Origin: Candidatus Peregrinibacteria bacterium Greene1014_49
GTDB lineage: Bacteria; Patescibacteriota; Gracilibacteria; Peribacterales; Peribacteraceae
NCBI GenBank assembly: GCA_007376635.1
Contig: VMGQ01000010.1
Span: 1-35,073, forward strand
Length of the DNA stretch: 35,073 nt
Direction: 5' to 3'
Below, one piece after another: positions 18,170 to 26,414 of this stretch. The translations under genes were made by a program, and so were the position numbers. A model generated the notes under the pieces. That model did not search any database and was not told the DNA's origin. It saw only the letters and a list, made by a program, of their open reading frames with translations. How positions within the stretch are numbered: position 1 is the first letter of the stretch; the number at the start of each line of letters is the position of its first letter.

Positions 18170-20767
18170 TTATCGCACAATCCCAATCCGATCCTCTATT
18201 TCCTGATCGACAAACACCTTCTTTCTTCCATATTTCATTCTGCTGTATTCCTTAATGAGCGCCGCAAGCTTTTCGTTGCGCGTGGATTCGTCGTAGATGG
18301 TGGCAAGCGAGAAAGCACGTGAGGTAACGTTATTGATATTGAGCTTGCAGTAGCAGTTGAAGTTCGGGATACCGATAGCATCTTGATCGGAGATAGCTGG
18401 TGCCATTTCCTTTGCCATGTATTCAGCGTCTTCCGCACCGATCTTGAAACTCATGATCGTACCGACGTTACCGAAGACTGCATCGCGCATCTTCGTACCT
18501 GCCTGGCCGTAGGCTTCGGTTTTCCCGACGAGCTGCCCGATGTACTGGTGCGCCATGATGAGCGCTAGCTCGTACTTGCGCGCCTCAGAGAGGATCGTGG
18601 CAAAAGCGTCCGTAACGAAATTTTGGAACTCGTCGACGTAGAGGTAGAAACGACGACGCTGCGTACGGGGGATATCTGCCCTGCTCATGGCAGCCATATT
18701 CACTTTATTCACAAAGATCAATCCGAGGAGCTGTGCGTTTACGTCGCCGATCTTTCCCTTGCTGAGGTTTACCAGAAGTACCTTGCCTGTGTCCATAATT
18801 TCGCGGATGTTGAAGGCGGACTTCGGCTGGCCGATAATATTACGCATCGTGGTATTCGTGATGAAAGGACCGAACTTCGCACTGAAGTATGGAATCATCT
18901 CCTCCTTTTCGCGCTGCCCTGTCTTCGCGATTTCATGCTCCCAGAAACTCCGCACGACGACATTTTTGCACTTGGCTACTTTATATTTCTGGAATTCCTC
19001 GTCGACGAAGAGGCGCGGCACGTCGATGAGGGTCGCACCTTCCTCCTCATCGTCCATTAATGTCAGACAGCCGTTGCGGAAGTAGTGCTGGATGCGCGGA
19101 CCGAAGATTTCATTGCCAAAGAGTTTGAGAAAGATTTCCATGGCATCGAGCGATGCGCGATCCTTCTCTTCCATGGTTTTTGCCTCAAGAAGATTTAAAC
19201 CCATTGGACGTTGGCCATCAGAGGGATCGAAGACAATGATGTCTTTCGCGCGCTCCTTCGGGGTATGAGCGAGAGCATCCTCGATAAGATCCCCGTGGGG
19301 ATCCACGATGCAGAGCCCTTCACCATTGGCGATATCTTGTCGCGACATCCAGCTGATAAGCGAAGATTTTCCACAACCAGATTTTCCGATAATGTACTGA
19401 TGTCGCGTTCGATCGCCACCGCGAAAACGGATGGGCGTCTCGACTGCTCGGTAGCGGTTATAGCCCAGGAGAACGCCCTCCGTTGGAGCGTCCGGCGGAG
19501 GAGGAAGTACGCGGTAGGTAATCCACTGAATGATAGGGATCTTGTTATAACGGCTGTCGGGGAAATGGTAGAGTCCGGCAAGCTCCTTCTCCGTCATCAT
19601 GCAGTCTTTGTGCAGGAAACAGTTTATGCGATTTTTCCAAAGCCAGTGGATAATTGGCCCATTGATTGCATGCGGAAGAAAATCTATAAACATGCGCTTA
19701 TTCACGAGCACATTTCCATAGAGATCCTTGAATGCATTGAAAGCGACTTGGATATTATTCGTGAGCTCGTTGGCGCGCTGCGCACTCTTTGAAGAAGTCA
19801 TGATACGGATGGAGGCATGGTAGAAACTCATTCCCCCTTTTTCTGCCATGCGCTTGTACAGCTCCTCTTCGGGCTGAACCATACGCACAAAAGAGTCACC
19901 GCCTTTTGCACCGGGAGCATTGGTGCCTGTCGCAAAATCCGCAAAGCCGCTCAAGAGGAAACCGATGATCGGAACATGGGCAAAGAGCCCCTCTTTCTTC
20001 CCTTTGAATCCGGAACTCGCGGCACGTTTGGTGACCTTGTTCCACTTCTTGCGAATTGCGGGAGTGAGCACGATCTGTATGGATGCGACTTCGTCACGTT
20101 CCATTTTGGAAAGGACGTTGGCAAGACCATTCAAGGGATCATCCTGCATGAGCTCGTACGTACGAAGCGGAAAACAAAATTTCTTCTGAAATTTCATATA
20201 ATACCCGACAAGGCTGTAGCCTTTGGGCTTCACTTCAGGGGTCTTTTCGAGAGTGACTTCTGCGTCGGAATAGAACGCCGTGATCTGCTTTTCCACGATA
20301 GAGACGAGCCTCGGATGCGTAACAACATAAAAACTAAGCAACCCTTTATCCACATACATTTCAAAACTAATACGGATGTCTCTCGTGATCCAAAAATAGA
20401 ATGTCTGCCAGAAATCGAGATTGCGCACTTCCCAGAGCGCACGATAGAGCTGCTCCATCACGGCGACTTTTTCTTTGAAATCCTTCTCGGTGCGCTTCTC
20501 CTGGTCGAGCTTCGTATCGGATCGCGGCAGTATCACCTTCATGGAAACAAGATTGCGGCTCTGGTACCACGCGAAGGTAAACCGTGCCTCGAACTTGATG
20601 AAAGCCCAGGCAAAATAGAGCGAAACCAGAAATAGCGTCTTATCCATCGGATCTGTGCGATACCACTCCCAGATGTCGATCCAGATATGGGCATTCACGA
20701 TCGTCGTAGAGAGGACAACAACAATCCAGAGAACCGGCCAGAAGAGGATGCGGAGGAGTACGAGCAC
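18170..20767 (-). CDS. type IV secretion coupling-protein-like (VirD4/TraD/TrwB-type) P-loop ATPase with a large N-terminal membrane-anchored domain
   Basis: Two N-terminal TM segments (LVLLRILFWPVLWIVVVLSTTIV and LFLVSLYFAWAFI). Walker A IIGKSGCGKSS followed by CIVDPHGDL. Walker B FYLYVDEFQNF. ARKYELALIMAHQYIGQL. GTG start at 20767. Assigning it to VirD4 rather than the VirB4/HerA branch would need an HMM search. Confidence 0.75.
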   Translation of the reverse strand: MLVLLRILFWPVLWIVVVLSTTIVNAHIWIDIWEWYRTDPMDKTLFLVSLYFAWAFIKFEARFTFAWYQSRNLVSMKVILPRSDTKLDQEKRTEKDFKEKVAVMEQLYRALWEVRNLDFWQTFYFWITRDIRISFEMYVDKGLLSFYVVTHPRLVSIVEKQITAFYSDAEVTLEKTPEVKPKGYSLVGYYMKFQKKFCFPLRTYELMQDDPLNGLANVLSKMERDEVASIQIVLTPAIRKKWNKVTKRAASSGFKGKKEGLFAHVPIIGFLLSGFADFATGTNAPGAKGGDSFVRMVQPEEELYKRMAEKGGMSFYHASIRIMTSSKSAQRANELTNNIQVAFNAFKDLYGNVLVNKRMFIDFLPHAINGPIIHWLWKNRINCFLHKDCMMTEKELAGLYHFPDSRYNKIPIIQWITYRVLPPPPDAPTEGVLLGYNRYRAVETPIRFRGGDRTRHQYIIGKSGCGKSSLISWMSRQDIANGEGLCIVDPHGDLIEDALAHTPKERAKDIIVFDPSDGQRPMGLNLLEAKTMEEKDRASLDAMEIFLKLFGNEIFGPRIQHYFRNGCLTLMDDEEEGATLIDVPRLFVDEEFQKYKVAKCKNVVVRSFWEHEIAKTGQREKEEMIPYFSAKFGPFITNTTMRNIIGQPKSAFNIREIMDTGKVLLVNLSKGKIGDVNAQLLGLIFVNKVNMAAMSRADIPRTQRRRFYLYVDEFQNFVTDAFATILSEARKYELALIMAHQYIGQLVGKTEAYGQAGTKMRDAVFGNVGTIMSFKIGAEDAEYMAKEMAPAISDQDAIGIPNFNCYCKLNINNVTSRAFSLATIYDESTRNEKLAALIKEYSRMKYGRKKVFVDQEIEDRIGIVR

Positions 20768-20778
20768 AGATTCCTAGT

Positions 20779-20787
20779 ATTCTAGCA
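20779..20787 (-). promoter_or_regulatory. extended -10 TGCTAGAAT 11 nt upstream of the GTG start of the coupling-ATPase gene
   Basis: The minus strand reads TGCTAGAAT ACTAGGAATCT GTG. The identical 9-mer precedes the 3D-domain gene. Confidence 0.4.
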
Positions 20788-20852
20788 TAAATCCTTGTTT
20801 CTCGGAAGAATGCATACTACAAAAAGCATAGAGTAAAAATCGTCTTTATGCT

Positions 20853-21974
20853 TTATGCATTTTGCTGTTGGCACTCAATGGCCTCCATCCGCATCTGCCT
20901 CTTGATCCCCTGCGCCGTCGCAAACATAAACACGTATTCCCCCGGCTCTGCAGGGTTAAACGTGAATTGTTCCTCCGGGGATACCCAATCCTGCATCCGA
21001 ACGAAGTGACCATCGGGATAGGTAACACCCCGCACAACAAACCACCGGTTTGCTTTTAAGACAAGCAGAGATCCCGCAGCGAGGCGGTGGGGAATGCCGC
21101 GCTGAAATCGGACGTCCCTGGTGAGACGCTGCTGGAATCTTGGAACTTCCGTTATTTCTTGGCTTACAGAAAGTGAGCATCCGGAGACAAGCGTCGCATC
21201 TCCAAGACGCTGGAAGCGTGCGCGGATAACGCCCTTGGATCGCTCGGCAATCGATGTGAATGCCGCGACGCTCAAATCCATGTCGCGTCCGTCCACGTAC
21301 GGACCGCGATCATTGATCCGCACAGTGACGCTTTTTTCATTCTCCACGTTGGTCACTTTCACGAGAGTATTCTGGGGAAAACTCCGATGTGCCGCCGTGA
21401 TCGCATACATATCAAACGTCTCGCCGAATGCCGTTCCCTGGCCATGGAACTGCTCACCGTACAGACTAACTTCGTGGACTTCCTCTGACAATTTTTGATC
21501 GAGGGAGCGCATAAGAGCGAGAAGTTCCTCAGATGAAACGATCTCCGACAAGGTTGACCCAGTAGCGGAAGATCGCGATCTTCCGCTATCAGACATGAGG
21601 GAATATCGCTCCATCAATGAGGACAGATGCTCGCGCTGCATTTCCGGAAGCTCCGCGATATTGCGCGTGCGATAGAGCCAGAGGAGTGCATCTTCGAGTG
21701 TGAGAGAATCATCCGGGTAAAATGCTCCATCACCCGGACTCTTCGAAGAAGAATCTCCATCAAGTAAACCCCTGTTCTTCGCGTAGGTGATTTCAAGGAA
21801 TCCCCTGTCCCCTTCGGGTACATCGGAAAACGGCTGTTCGCGCGTTTCGTATGCAGCACGGTTGATGCTCTGCCAGAGCAGAAGAAATCCGTCGCGACGA
21901 GTGATGCCTTCCGCAGCAAAGGCTTGCGGAATACCGAGAATCAGCATGGTAAAAATCGCAAGGAGATTCTTCAC
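20853..21974 (-). CDS. secreted RlpA-like double-psi beta-barrel (DPBB) lytic transglycosylase-family protein
   Basis: Signal peptide MKNLLAIFTMLILGIPQAFA. SLH-like N-terminal segment (ITRRDGFLLLWQSI...FSDVPEGD). DPBB core YGEQFHGQGTAFGETFDMYAITAAHRSFPQNTLVKVTNVENEKSVTVRINDRGPYVDGRDMDLS. GTG start. Confidence 0.85.
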   Translation of the reverse strand: MKNLLAIFTMLILGIPQAFAAEGITRRDGFLLLWQSINRAAYETREQPFSDVPEGDRGFLEITYAKNRGLLDGDSSSKSPGDGAFYPDDSLTLEDALLWLYRTRNIAELPEMQREHLSSLMERYSLMSDSGRSRSSATGSTLSEIVSSEELLALMRSLDQKLSEEVHEVSLYGEQFHGQGTAFGETFDMYAITAAHRSFPQNTLVKVTNVENEKSVTVRINDRGPYVDGRDMDLSVAAFTSIAERSKGVIRARFQRLGDATLVSGCSLSVSQEITEVPRFQQRLTRDVRFQRGIPHRLAAGSLLVLKANRWFVVRGVTYPDGHFVRMQDWVSPEEQFTFNPAEPGEYVFMFATAQGIKRQMRMEAIECQQQNA

Positions 21975-22012
21975 GTCTAAATAGTCTCAGAAAAATGGGA
22001 AATTATCTATTG

Positions 22013-23383
22013 CTAGAGAGCTTTCCATCCTTCCGCACGCACAATCCGATATGCCTTCGTTCTCTCTTCTCTCCGCAAACTCTGCAATGTTTCCGGACCT
22101 ACCGATCCCGCTCCATCATCAGTTTCTGTAGCGACGATTCCCTGTGCCACTTGATAATCGAAGACTGCCTCTCGGGTGAGAGAACCGAAGTTGCCATTGA
22201 TCTTGTTCTCGGGGAAATAACCACGCTCCGTAAGCAGATGCTGGAGAAGACGAACGTAGGGACCGGTGTGTCCTTCCGTGAGAAACATATCGAGTGATTC
22301 GCCGCGTTCTTGCATGAGTTTTTCCACTGCATGCACCGTCATGTATTTATCTGCACGAACGGCTACGAGTCGGCGGTTCCATTCGGTTTGCATCGCACGC
22401 TTCGTAAGAGGTCCTATACGCCCTGCACCCGGATCGATCGCCGTTCCCACAAGTCCCTTCTCCTGTTGGAAGCGAAGAATGGCATCATGCAGAGTAAGAG
22501 AATACAAGCCATCCGTTCGTCCTTCGTAATACCCAAGAAACCGGAGAATGCGCTGCGCTTGAGAAACTGCATTCTCGTTACTTTCCATATCGACAATGCC
22601 ATCAATAGGGAGGATGGCATCGCTACGCCGTGATGCCGCAAGAAGAAATGCTGCCGTATGTTCCGTGAGTCGATCCGTAGATTCATGAAGAACAAAATCA
22701 CTGACAAATCTCTTCAGAGCCTCCTCCGTATCCGGACCAAAGTATCCCGAAGATGCGCGATCAAAATACCCGGCACTCCGCAGATGATCTTGAAGGATTG
22801 CTGCAGAGAGATTGCGATCGCCTGCTTTCGGCGTGAGCGCGAGCAAATTTTCAGACTCAACCCCAAAGGGCGTGAGCCTCTGAAAAGGGGCTGGAAGCCT
22901 TGCGAGGTCAAAATCATTTTGGGGCTGTCTCGATCCGAGCGGATACACCGTTCCGCGGATATGCTGCACGCCGAAGGCAAGAGCACGTGCAAGTCCTTCT
23001 TCACCGTGCCCCACCCAAACATCGAGCCTGTGCGCATGGGAATGGAGAACCTGGATCGCTCCACCACGGTCATGAACGGTAAGTGTACCCAGCCCCGGCA
23101 AGACGACATCTGTGCCGAATGCATAGGATGGAGGAGCCGCGAGCATACCCGGATACACCGCCGTTCCATCGGCCGCCGTGTGTCCTTCGCCATTCAAGAT
23201 TTTATCGGCTTCGTAGCCTCCTCGAACGTAGCAACATTGTCCCGGCAGCGGCGAGTAGTAAGCTGTCAGAATGAACTCTTGTTCGTAGGGAGCTGTGGGG
23301 TCGATACCTACGACATTGGTCGGAGCGATGATCGCAACGAGAGCAATCACTGCGCGAACACGGAGAGGAATTTTGTTTTTCAT
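22013..23383 (-). CDS. secreted 3D-domain (MltA/YabE-like) protein with three peptidoglycan-binding (PG_binding_1-like) repeats
   Basis: Signal/TM segment VRAVIALVAIIAPTNV. 3D domain ILTAYYSPLPGQ...LNGEGHTAADGTAVYPGMLAAPPSYAFGTDVVLPGLGTLTVHDRGGAI. PG-binding repeats LQDHLRSAGYF...GYFGPDTEEALKRF, AQRILRFLGYYEGRTDGLYSLTLHDAILRFQ, LQHLLTERGYF...GNFGSLTREAVFDYQ. Confidence 0.85.
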   Translation of the reverse strand: MKNKIPLRVRAVIALVAIIAPTNVVGIDPTAPYEQEFILTAYYSPLPGQCCYVRGGYEADKILNGEGHTAADGTAVYPGMLAAPPSYAFGTDVVLPGLGTLTVHDRGGAIQVLHSHAHRLDVWVGHGEEGLARALAFGVQHIRGTVYPLGSRQPQNDFDLARLPAPFQRLTPFGVESENLLALTPKAGDRNLSAAILQDHLRSAGYFDRASSGYFGPDTEEALKRFVSDFVLHESTDRLTEHTAAFLLAASRRSDAILPIDGIVDMESNENAVSQAQRILRFLGYYEGRTDGLYSLTLHDAILRFQQEKGLVGTAIDPGAGRIGPLTKRAMQTEWNRRLVAVRADKYMTVHAVEKLMQERGESLDMFLTEGHTGPYVRLLQHLLTERGYFPENKINGNFGSLTREAVFDYQVAQGIVATETDDGAGSVGPETLQSLRREERTKAYRIVRAEGWKAL

Positions 23384-23393
23384 GTTTCTCGCT

Positions 23394-23402
23394 ATTCTAG
23401 CA
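23394..23402 (-). promoter_or_regulatory. extended -10 TGCTAGAAT 10 nt upstream of the 3D-domain gene ATG
   Basis: The minus strand reads TGCTAGAAT AGCGAGAAAC ATG. Confidence 0.4.
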
Positions 23403-23433
23403 AATTTTACAGGGTTGGTCTGTAAGGTTTGGT

Positions 23434-24429
23434 TTACTCAACAATAATCTCCTCCTCCACCCGCATCCCGAACCTCCCCGGAAAGTACACCCCTGGCTCT
23501 ATCGTAATAATTTCCCCTTTCAATAATTTCCGATCCGGGGCTTTTTTCGAAAGCGTCGACCCTTCGTGGATTTCTAAGCCGACTCCATGCCCGAGTGCGT
23601 GACAGAAAAATTCCTCGTAGCCATAGCTCTTCAATACTTCGCGTGCTATGGAATCCAAATCTCGCACCGAGACACCCGGTTTGAGCTTGGCTATCGCCTC
23701 ATCCTTGGCTTCACATATTGCGGTAAATACTCTGCTCTGAATCGGCGTCGGTTTCCCTGTGAAAAATACTGCACTCTGATCGGCGCAATATCCCCTGTAC
23801 TTCGCTCCACAGTCGATCTGGACGATGTGACCCTGTTTGAGCATACGACCCGTAGGTTTATGATGCGGACTGCTCGTATGGGTACCAAATGCAACAATAG
23901 GATCGAAGGAAAGCCCTTCCGCTCCCAGCTCCCTCGCCCATACCTGTAGCTGCCATGCGAGATCAATCTCACGAATAGGACACTTCAGAAGAGAAGGCAC
24001 GCGACGAATCATTTCGCGCGTAATGCGCTGTGCACGACGAAATTTCGCGAGTTCTTCAGGATCCTTACTTCTCCGAAACTCGGCAATGAGGCCTGAAGTA
24101 TGAACAAATTTTGTGTTCTTAAATTTTGCCTTCCACCTATGGAATCTTTCGATAGAGAGTCCTTCATCTTCGATGCCACATATACGTACACGTTTCATTG
24201 CTGCATCGATGGCGGCACCGTCTTTGACCGAGATCCCCCGATAAACGCTGCGGGAAGCCACTTCGATGTAACGACCATCGGTGAAAAGCGTCATGGTCTT
24301 AGGTTCTAGTAGGAGCAAAGCAGAACTCATGTCTAATCCTGTAAGAAAGCGGATATTGACAAGATTACTGACGAGAAATGCAGGGGTGCCGGATGCATCA
24401 AGTATTGCCGATGGACGTTTGGGGCGCAT
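23434..24429 (-). CDS. M24-family Xaa-Pro aminopeptidase/dipeptidase
   Basis: Metal-ligand context IVQIDCGAKYRGYCADQS, HALGHGVGLEIHE, ITIEPGVY, MRVEEEI. Start is uncertain: ATG 24429 (TATACT 6 nt upstream), ATG 24444, or TTG 24459. Confidence 0.85.
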   Translation of the reverse strand: MRPKRPSAILDASGTPAFLVSNLVNIRFLTGLDMSSALLLLEPKTMTLFTDGRYIEVASRSVYRGISVKDGAAIDAAMKRVRICGIEDEGLSIERFHRWKAKFKNTKFVHTSGLIAEFRRSKDPEELAKFRRAQRITREMIRRVPSLLKCPIREIDLAWQLQVWARELGAEGLSFDPIVAFGTHTSSPHHKPTGRMLKQGHIVQIDCGAKYRGYCADQSAVFFTGKPTPIQSRVFTAICEAKDEAIAKLKPGVSVRDLDSIAREVLKSYGYEEFFCHALGHGVGLEIHEGSTLSKKAPDRKLLKGEIITIEPGVYFPGRFGMRVEEEIIVE

Positions 24430-24463
24430 GGGGGAAGTATACATTGTCTCAAACCCCAAAATC

Positions 24464-24472
24464 TGCTATCAT
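24464..24472 (+). promoter_or_regulatory. extended -10 TGcTATCAT 7 nt upstream of the poly-pilin ATG
   Basis: TGCTATCAT tgtggga ATG(24480). It is divergent from the aminopeptidase -10 (plus 24436-24441). Confidence 0.4.
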
Positions 24473-24479
24473 TGTGGGA

Positions 24480-26405
24480 ATGCTCCGAATATTCCTCGCT
24501 ACCCATCGGATCCGGCGTTCCACCCGTGCAATCAGGAAGATTGCCTCTACGTGCGCGATTCTCTTTGGTCTCGGTATCCTGACACTCGCGCAGGCTTCGG
24601 TCTACTCAGGACCTGGCATTGACTCCGGAGTCACCACAGCACAAACGACCATCCCCGGTGTATCGGCAACGGCTCCATCGGGCGTCATTAACAGTATCAT
24701 CACCCAGGCGATTTCGTATTCGAACATCCTCGCCTTCGCAGTCATTGTGATCGCCGGGTTCTACCTGATTCTTGGACTCGGCAACGAGACATCAAAAGAA
24801 ACAGCGAGGAAGATTATTCTCTACACCGGTGTCGGACTCGTAATCATCAATCTTGCAGCTGGCATCCGCGATTTCCTCGAGGGCGTCGGCCCGGGAACCA
24901 GCGCATCTGGAGGCGCAACTGCGCTTGATGCAGCCATCAACACCATCATCGGTGTCTTCACGAGTTACACAGGTCTGCTCGCATTTGGCGTCATTTCGAT
25001 CGCCGCGTTCTACCTGATCCTCGGACTGGGAAATGAAAGTTCGAAAGGAACAGCGAGGAGCATCATTCTCTATACCGGCATCGGCCTCGTGATCATGAGT
25101 GTTACCGCCGCTATCAGAAATTTCCTACAAGGTATCGCTACGGGAACCAGTACATCCGGAGGCTCGACGGCTCTTGACGTGATCATCAACGGAATCATCG
25201 GTGTCTTCACGAGTTACACAGGTCTCCTCGCTTTCGCAGTCATTGTGATCGCCGGGTTCTACCTCATTCTGGGACTGGGCAATGAAAGTTCGAAAGGAAC
25301 AGCGAGGAACATCGTTCTCTACACCGGCATCGGCCTCGTGATCATCAGTCTTGCACCTGCCATCCGCAATTTCTTCTTCAGCATCAATGCGGGAACAAGC
25401 GGATTCGGAGGCTCAACGAGTCTCAATTTGGCTATTAATGCCATCATCAATACGTTTAAGAGTTACGTCGGGATTCTTGCTCTTGCGGTCATCATCATTG
25501 CTGGTTTCTACCTGATCCTTGGACTCGGTAACGAAAGCTCAAAAGGAACAGCGAGGAACATCATCCTCTATACCGGCATCGGCCTCATCATCATCAATCT
25601 CGCAGTCGCCATCACTGCATTCCTCGGAGGCATCGTCACGAGTGGTGCCGGCACCAGTACCAGCGGAGCTGGAGGCACAACAGGTCTTGACGTGGCAATC
25701 GACACTATCATCGGCGTCCTCAAGAGTTACGTCGGAATTCTTGCGCTCGCGATGATCGTGATTGCCGGATTCTACCTGATCCTGGGACTCGGTAATGAAA
25801 GTTCGAAAGGAACAGCAAGGAGCATCATTATTTATACTGGCGTCGGGCTTATTATTATTACGCTCGGAGTCGGCATTCGCAATTTCCTTGGAGGTATCGT
25901 GACGAATGCTGCCGGCGGCAGTACCAGCGGATTCGGTGGCTTGACGGGTCTGAACGTGGCTATTAATGCCATCATCGATGTTTTCACAAGTTATGTGGGT
26001 CTGCTTGCGGTCGCAGTCATTGTCATCGCCGGATTCTACCTGATCTTGGGACTCGGCAATGAAAGTTCAAAAGGAACAGCGAAGAATATCATTCTCTACA
26101 CAGCTGTCGGCATCATTGTCATCATCCTTGCCAATGTGATTGTCAGCTTCTTCCAGAGTATCCCATCGGGAGTAGATGCCAGTGGCCTCTATGGAACGAT
26201 ACGCACGATTATTGTCTACATCACGACGTTCGCTGCACTCCTTGCGGTAGCCGCAATAGTCATTGGGGGGATCATGCTCATCACAAGCATTGGCGACGAA
26301 GGGCGCAAAGACACAGCAAAGAAAGTCATTCTCTATGCCATCATCGGCCTCTTTGTGATCGCACTCTCTTCAGCATTCGTGCACTTCGTCTTCGACATCT
26401 TCTAA
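24480..26405 (+). CDS. polytopic membrane protein: signal peptide plus seven tandem VirB2/TrbC-type (T4SS-pilin-like) two-helix modules
   Basis: Signal peptide MLRIFLATHRIRRSTRAIRKIASTCAILFGLGILTLAQA. It is followed by seven units of the form (amphipathic lead)-TM-GLGNESSKGTAR-TM-(G/S/T linker). The last unit, LLAVAAIVIGGIMLITSIGDEGRKDTAKKVILYAIIGLFVIAL, looks like a canonical CPR-type T4SS pilin. Confidence 0.85.
   Translation: MLRIFLATHRIRRSTRAIRKIASTCAILFGLGILTLAQASVYSGPGIDSGVTTAQTTIPGVSATAPSGVINSIITQAISYSNILAFAVIVIAGFYLILGLGNETSKETARKIILYTGVGLVIINLAAGIRDFLEGVGPGTSASGGATALDAAINTIIGVFTSYTGLLAFGVISIAAFYLILGLGNESSKGTARSIILYTGIGLVIMSVTAAIRNFLQGIATGTSTSGGSTALDVIINGIIGVFTSYTGLLAFAVIVIAGFYLILGLGNESSKGTARNIVLYTGIGLVIISLAPAIRNFFFSINAGTSGFGGSTSLNLAINAIINTFKSYVGILALAVIIIAGFYLILGLGNESSKGTARNIILYTGIGLIIINLAVAITAFLGGIVTSGAGTSTSGAGGTTGLDVAIDTIIGVLKSYVGILALAMIVIAGFYLILGLGNESSKGTARSIIIYTGVGLIIITLGVGIRNFLGGIVTNAAGGSTSGFGGLTGLNVAINAIIDVFTSYVGLLAVAVIVIAGFYLILGLGNESSKGTAKNIILYTAVGIIVIILANVIVSFFQSIPSGVDASGLYGTIRTIIVYITTFAALLAVAAIVIGGIMLITSIGDEGRKDTAKKVILYAIIGLFVIALSSAFVHFVFDIF
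24684..26402 (+). repeat. in-frame tandem coding repeats, 7 units (216-264 bp)
   Basis: Unit starts are 24684, 24924, 25173, 25422, 25686, 25950 and 26187. Exact shared runs occur, for example ggtgtcttcacgagttacacaggtct at 24951 and 25200, and aatgaaagttcgaaaggaacagcgagga at 25031 and 25281. The units are not identical and the linkers differ in length. Confidence 0.9.
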
Positions 26406-26414
26406 AGACTTTCC

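Noticed and set aside
19211-20635. 193-aa and 272-aa plus-strand ORFs
   Set aside because: They are antisense to the coupling-ATPase gene, which has Walker A/B motifs. I recognise no domain in them.
20824-20853. AAGCATA…TATGCTT hairpin plus T-run after the RlpA-like stop (minus strand)
   Set aside because: The stem is 7 bp and AT-rich with a 16-nt loop, too weak to call a terminator with confidence. It overlaps the promoter region of the next gene.
22658-23425. 255-aa plus-strand ORF
   Set aside because: It is antisense to the 3D/PG-binding gene. It has junk-like composition and would run across that gene's promoter.
24684-26402. Possible CRISPR array or non-coding tandem repeat
   Set aside because: The period is 216-264 bp with no short repeat/spacer structure. 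The array is in frame throughout and encodes TM helices. It is a coding repeat.
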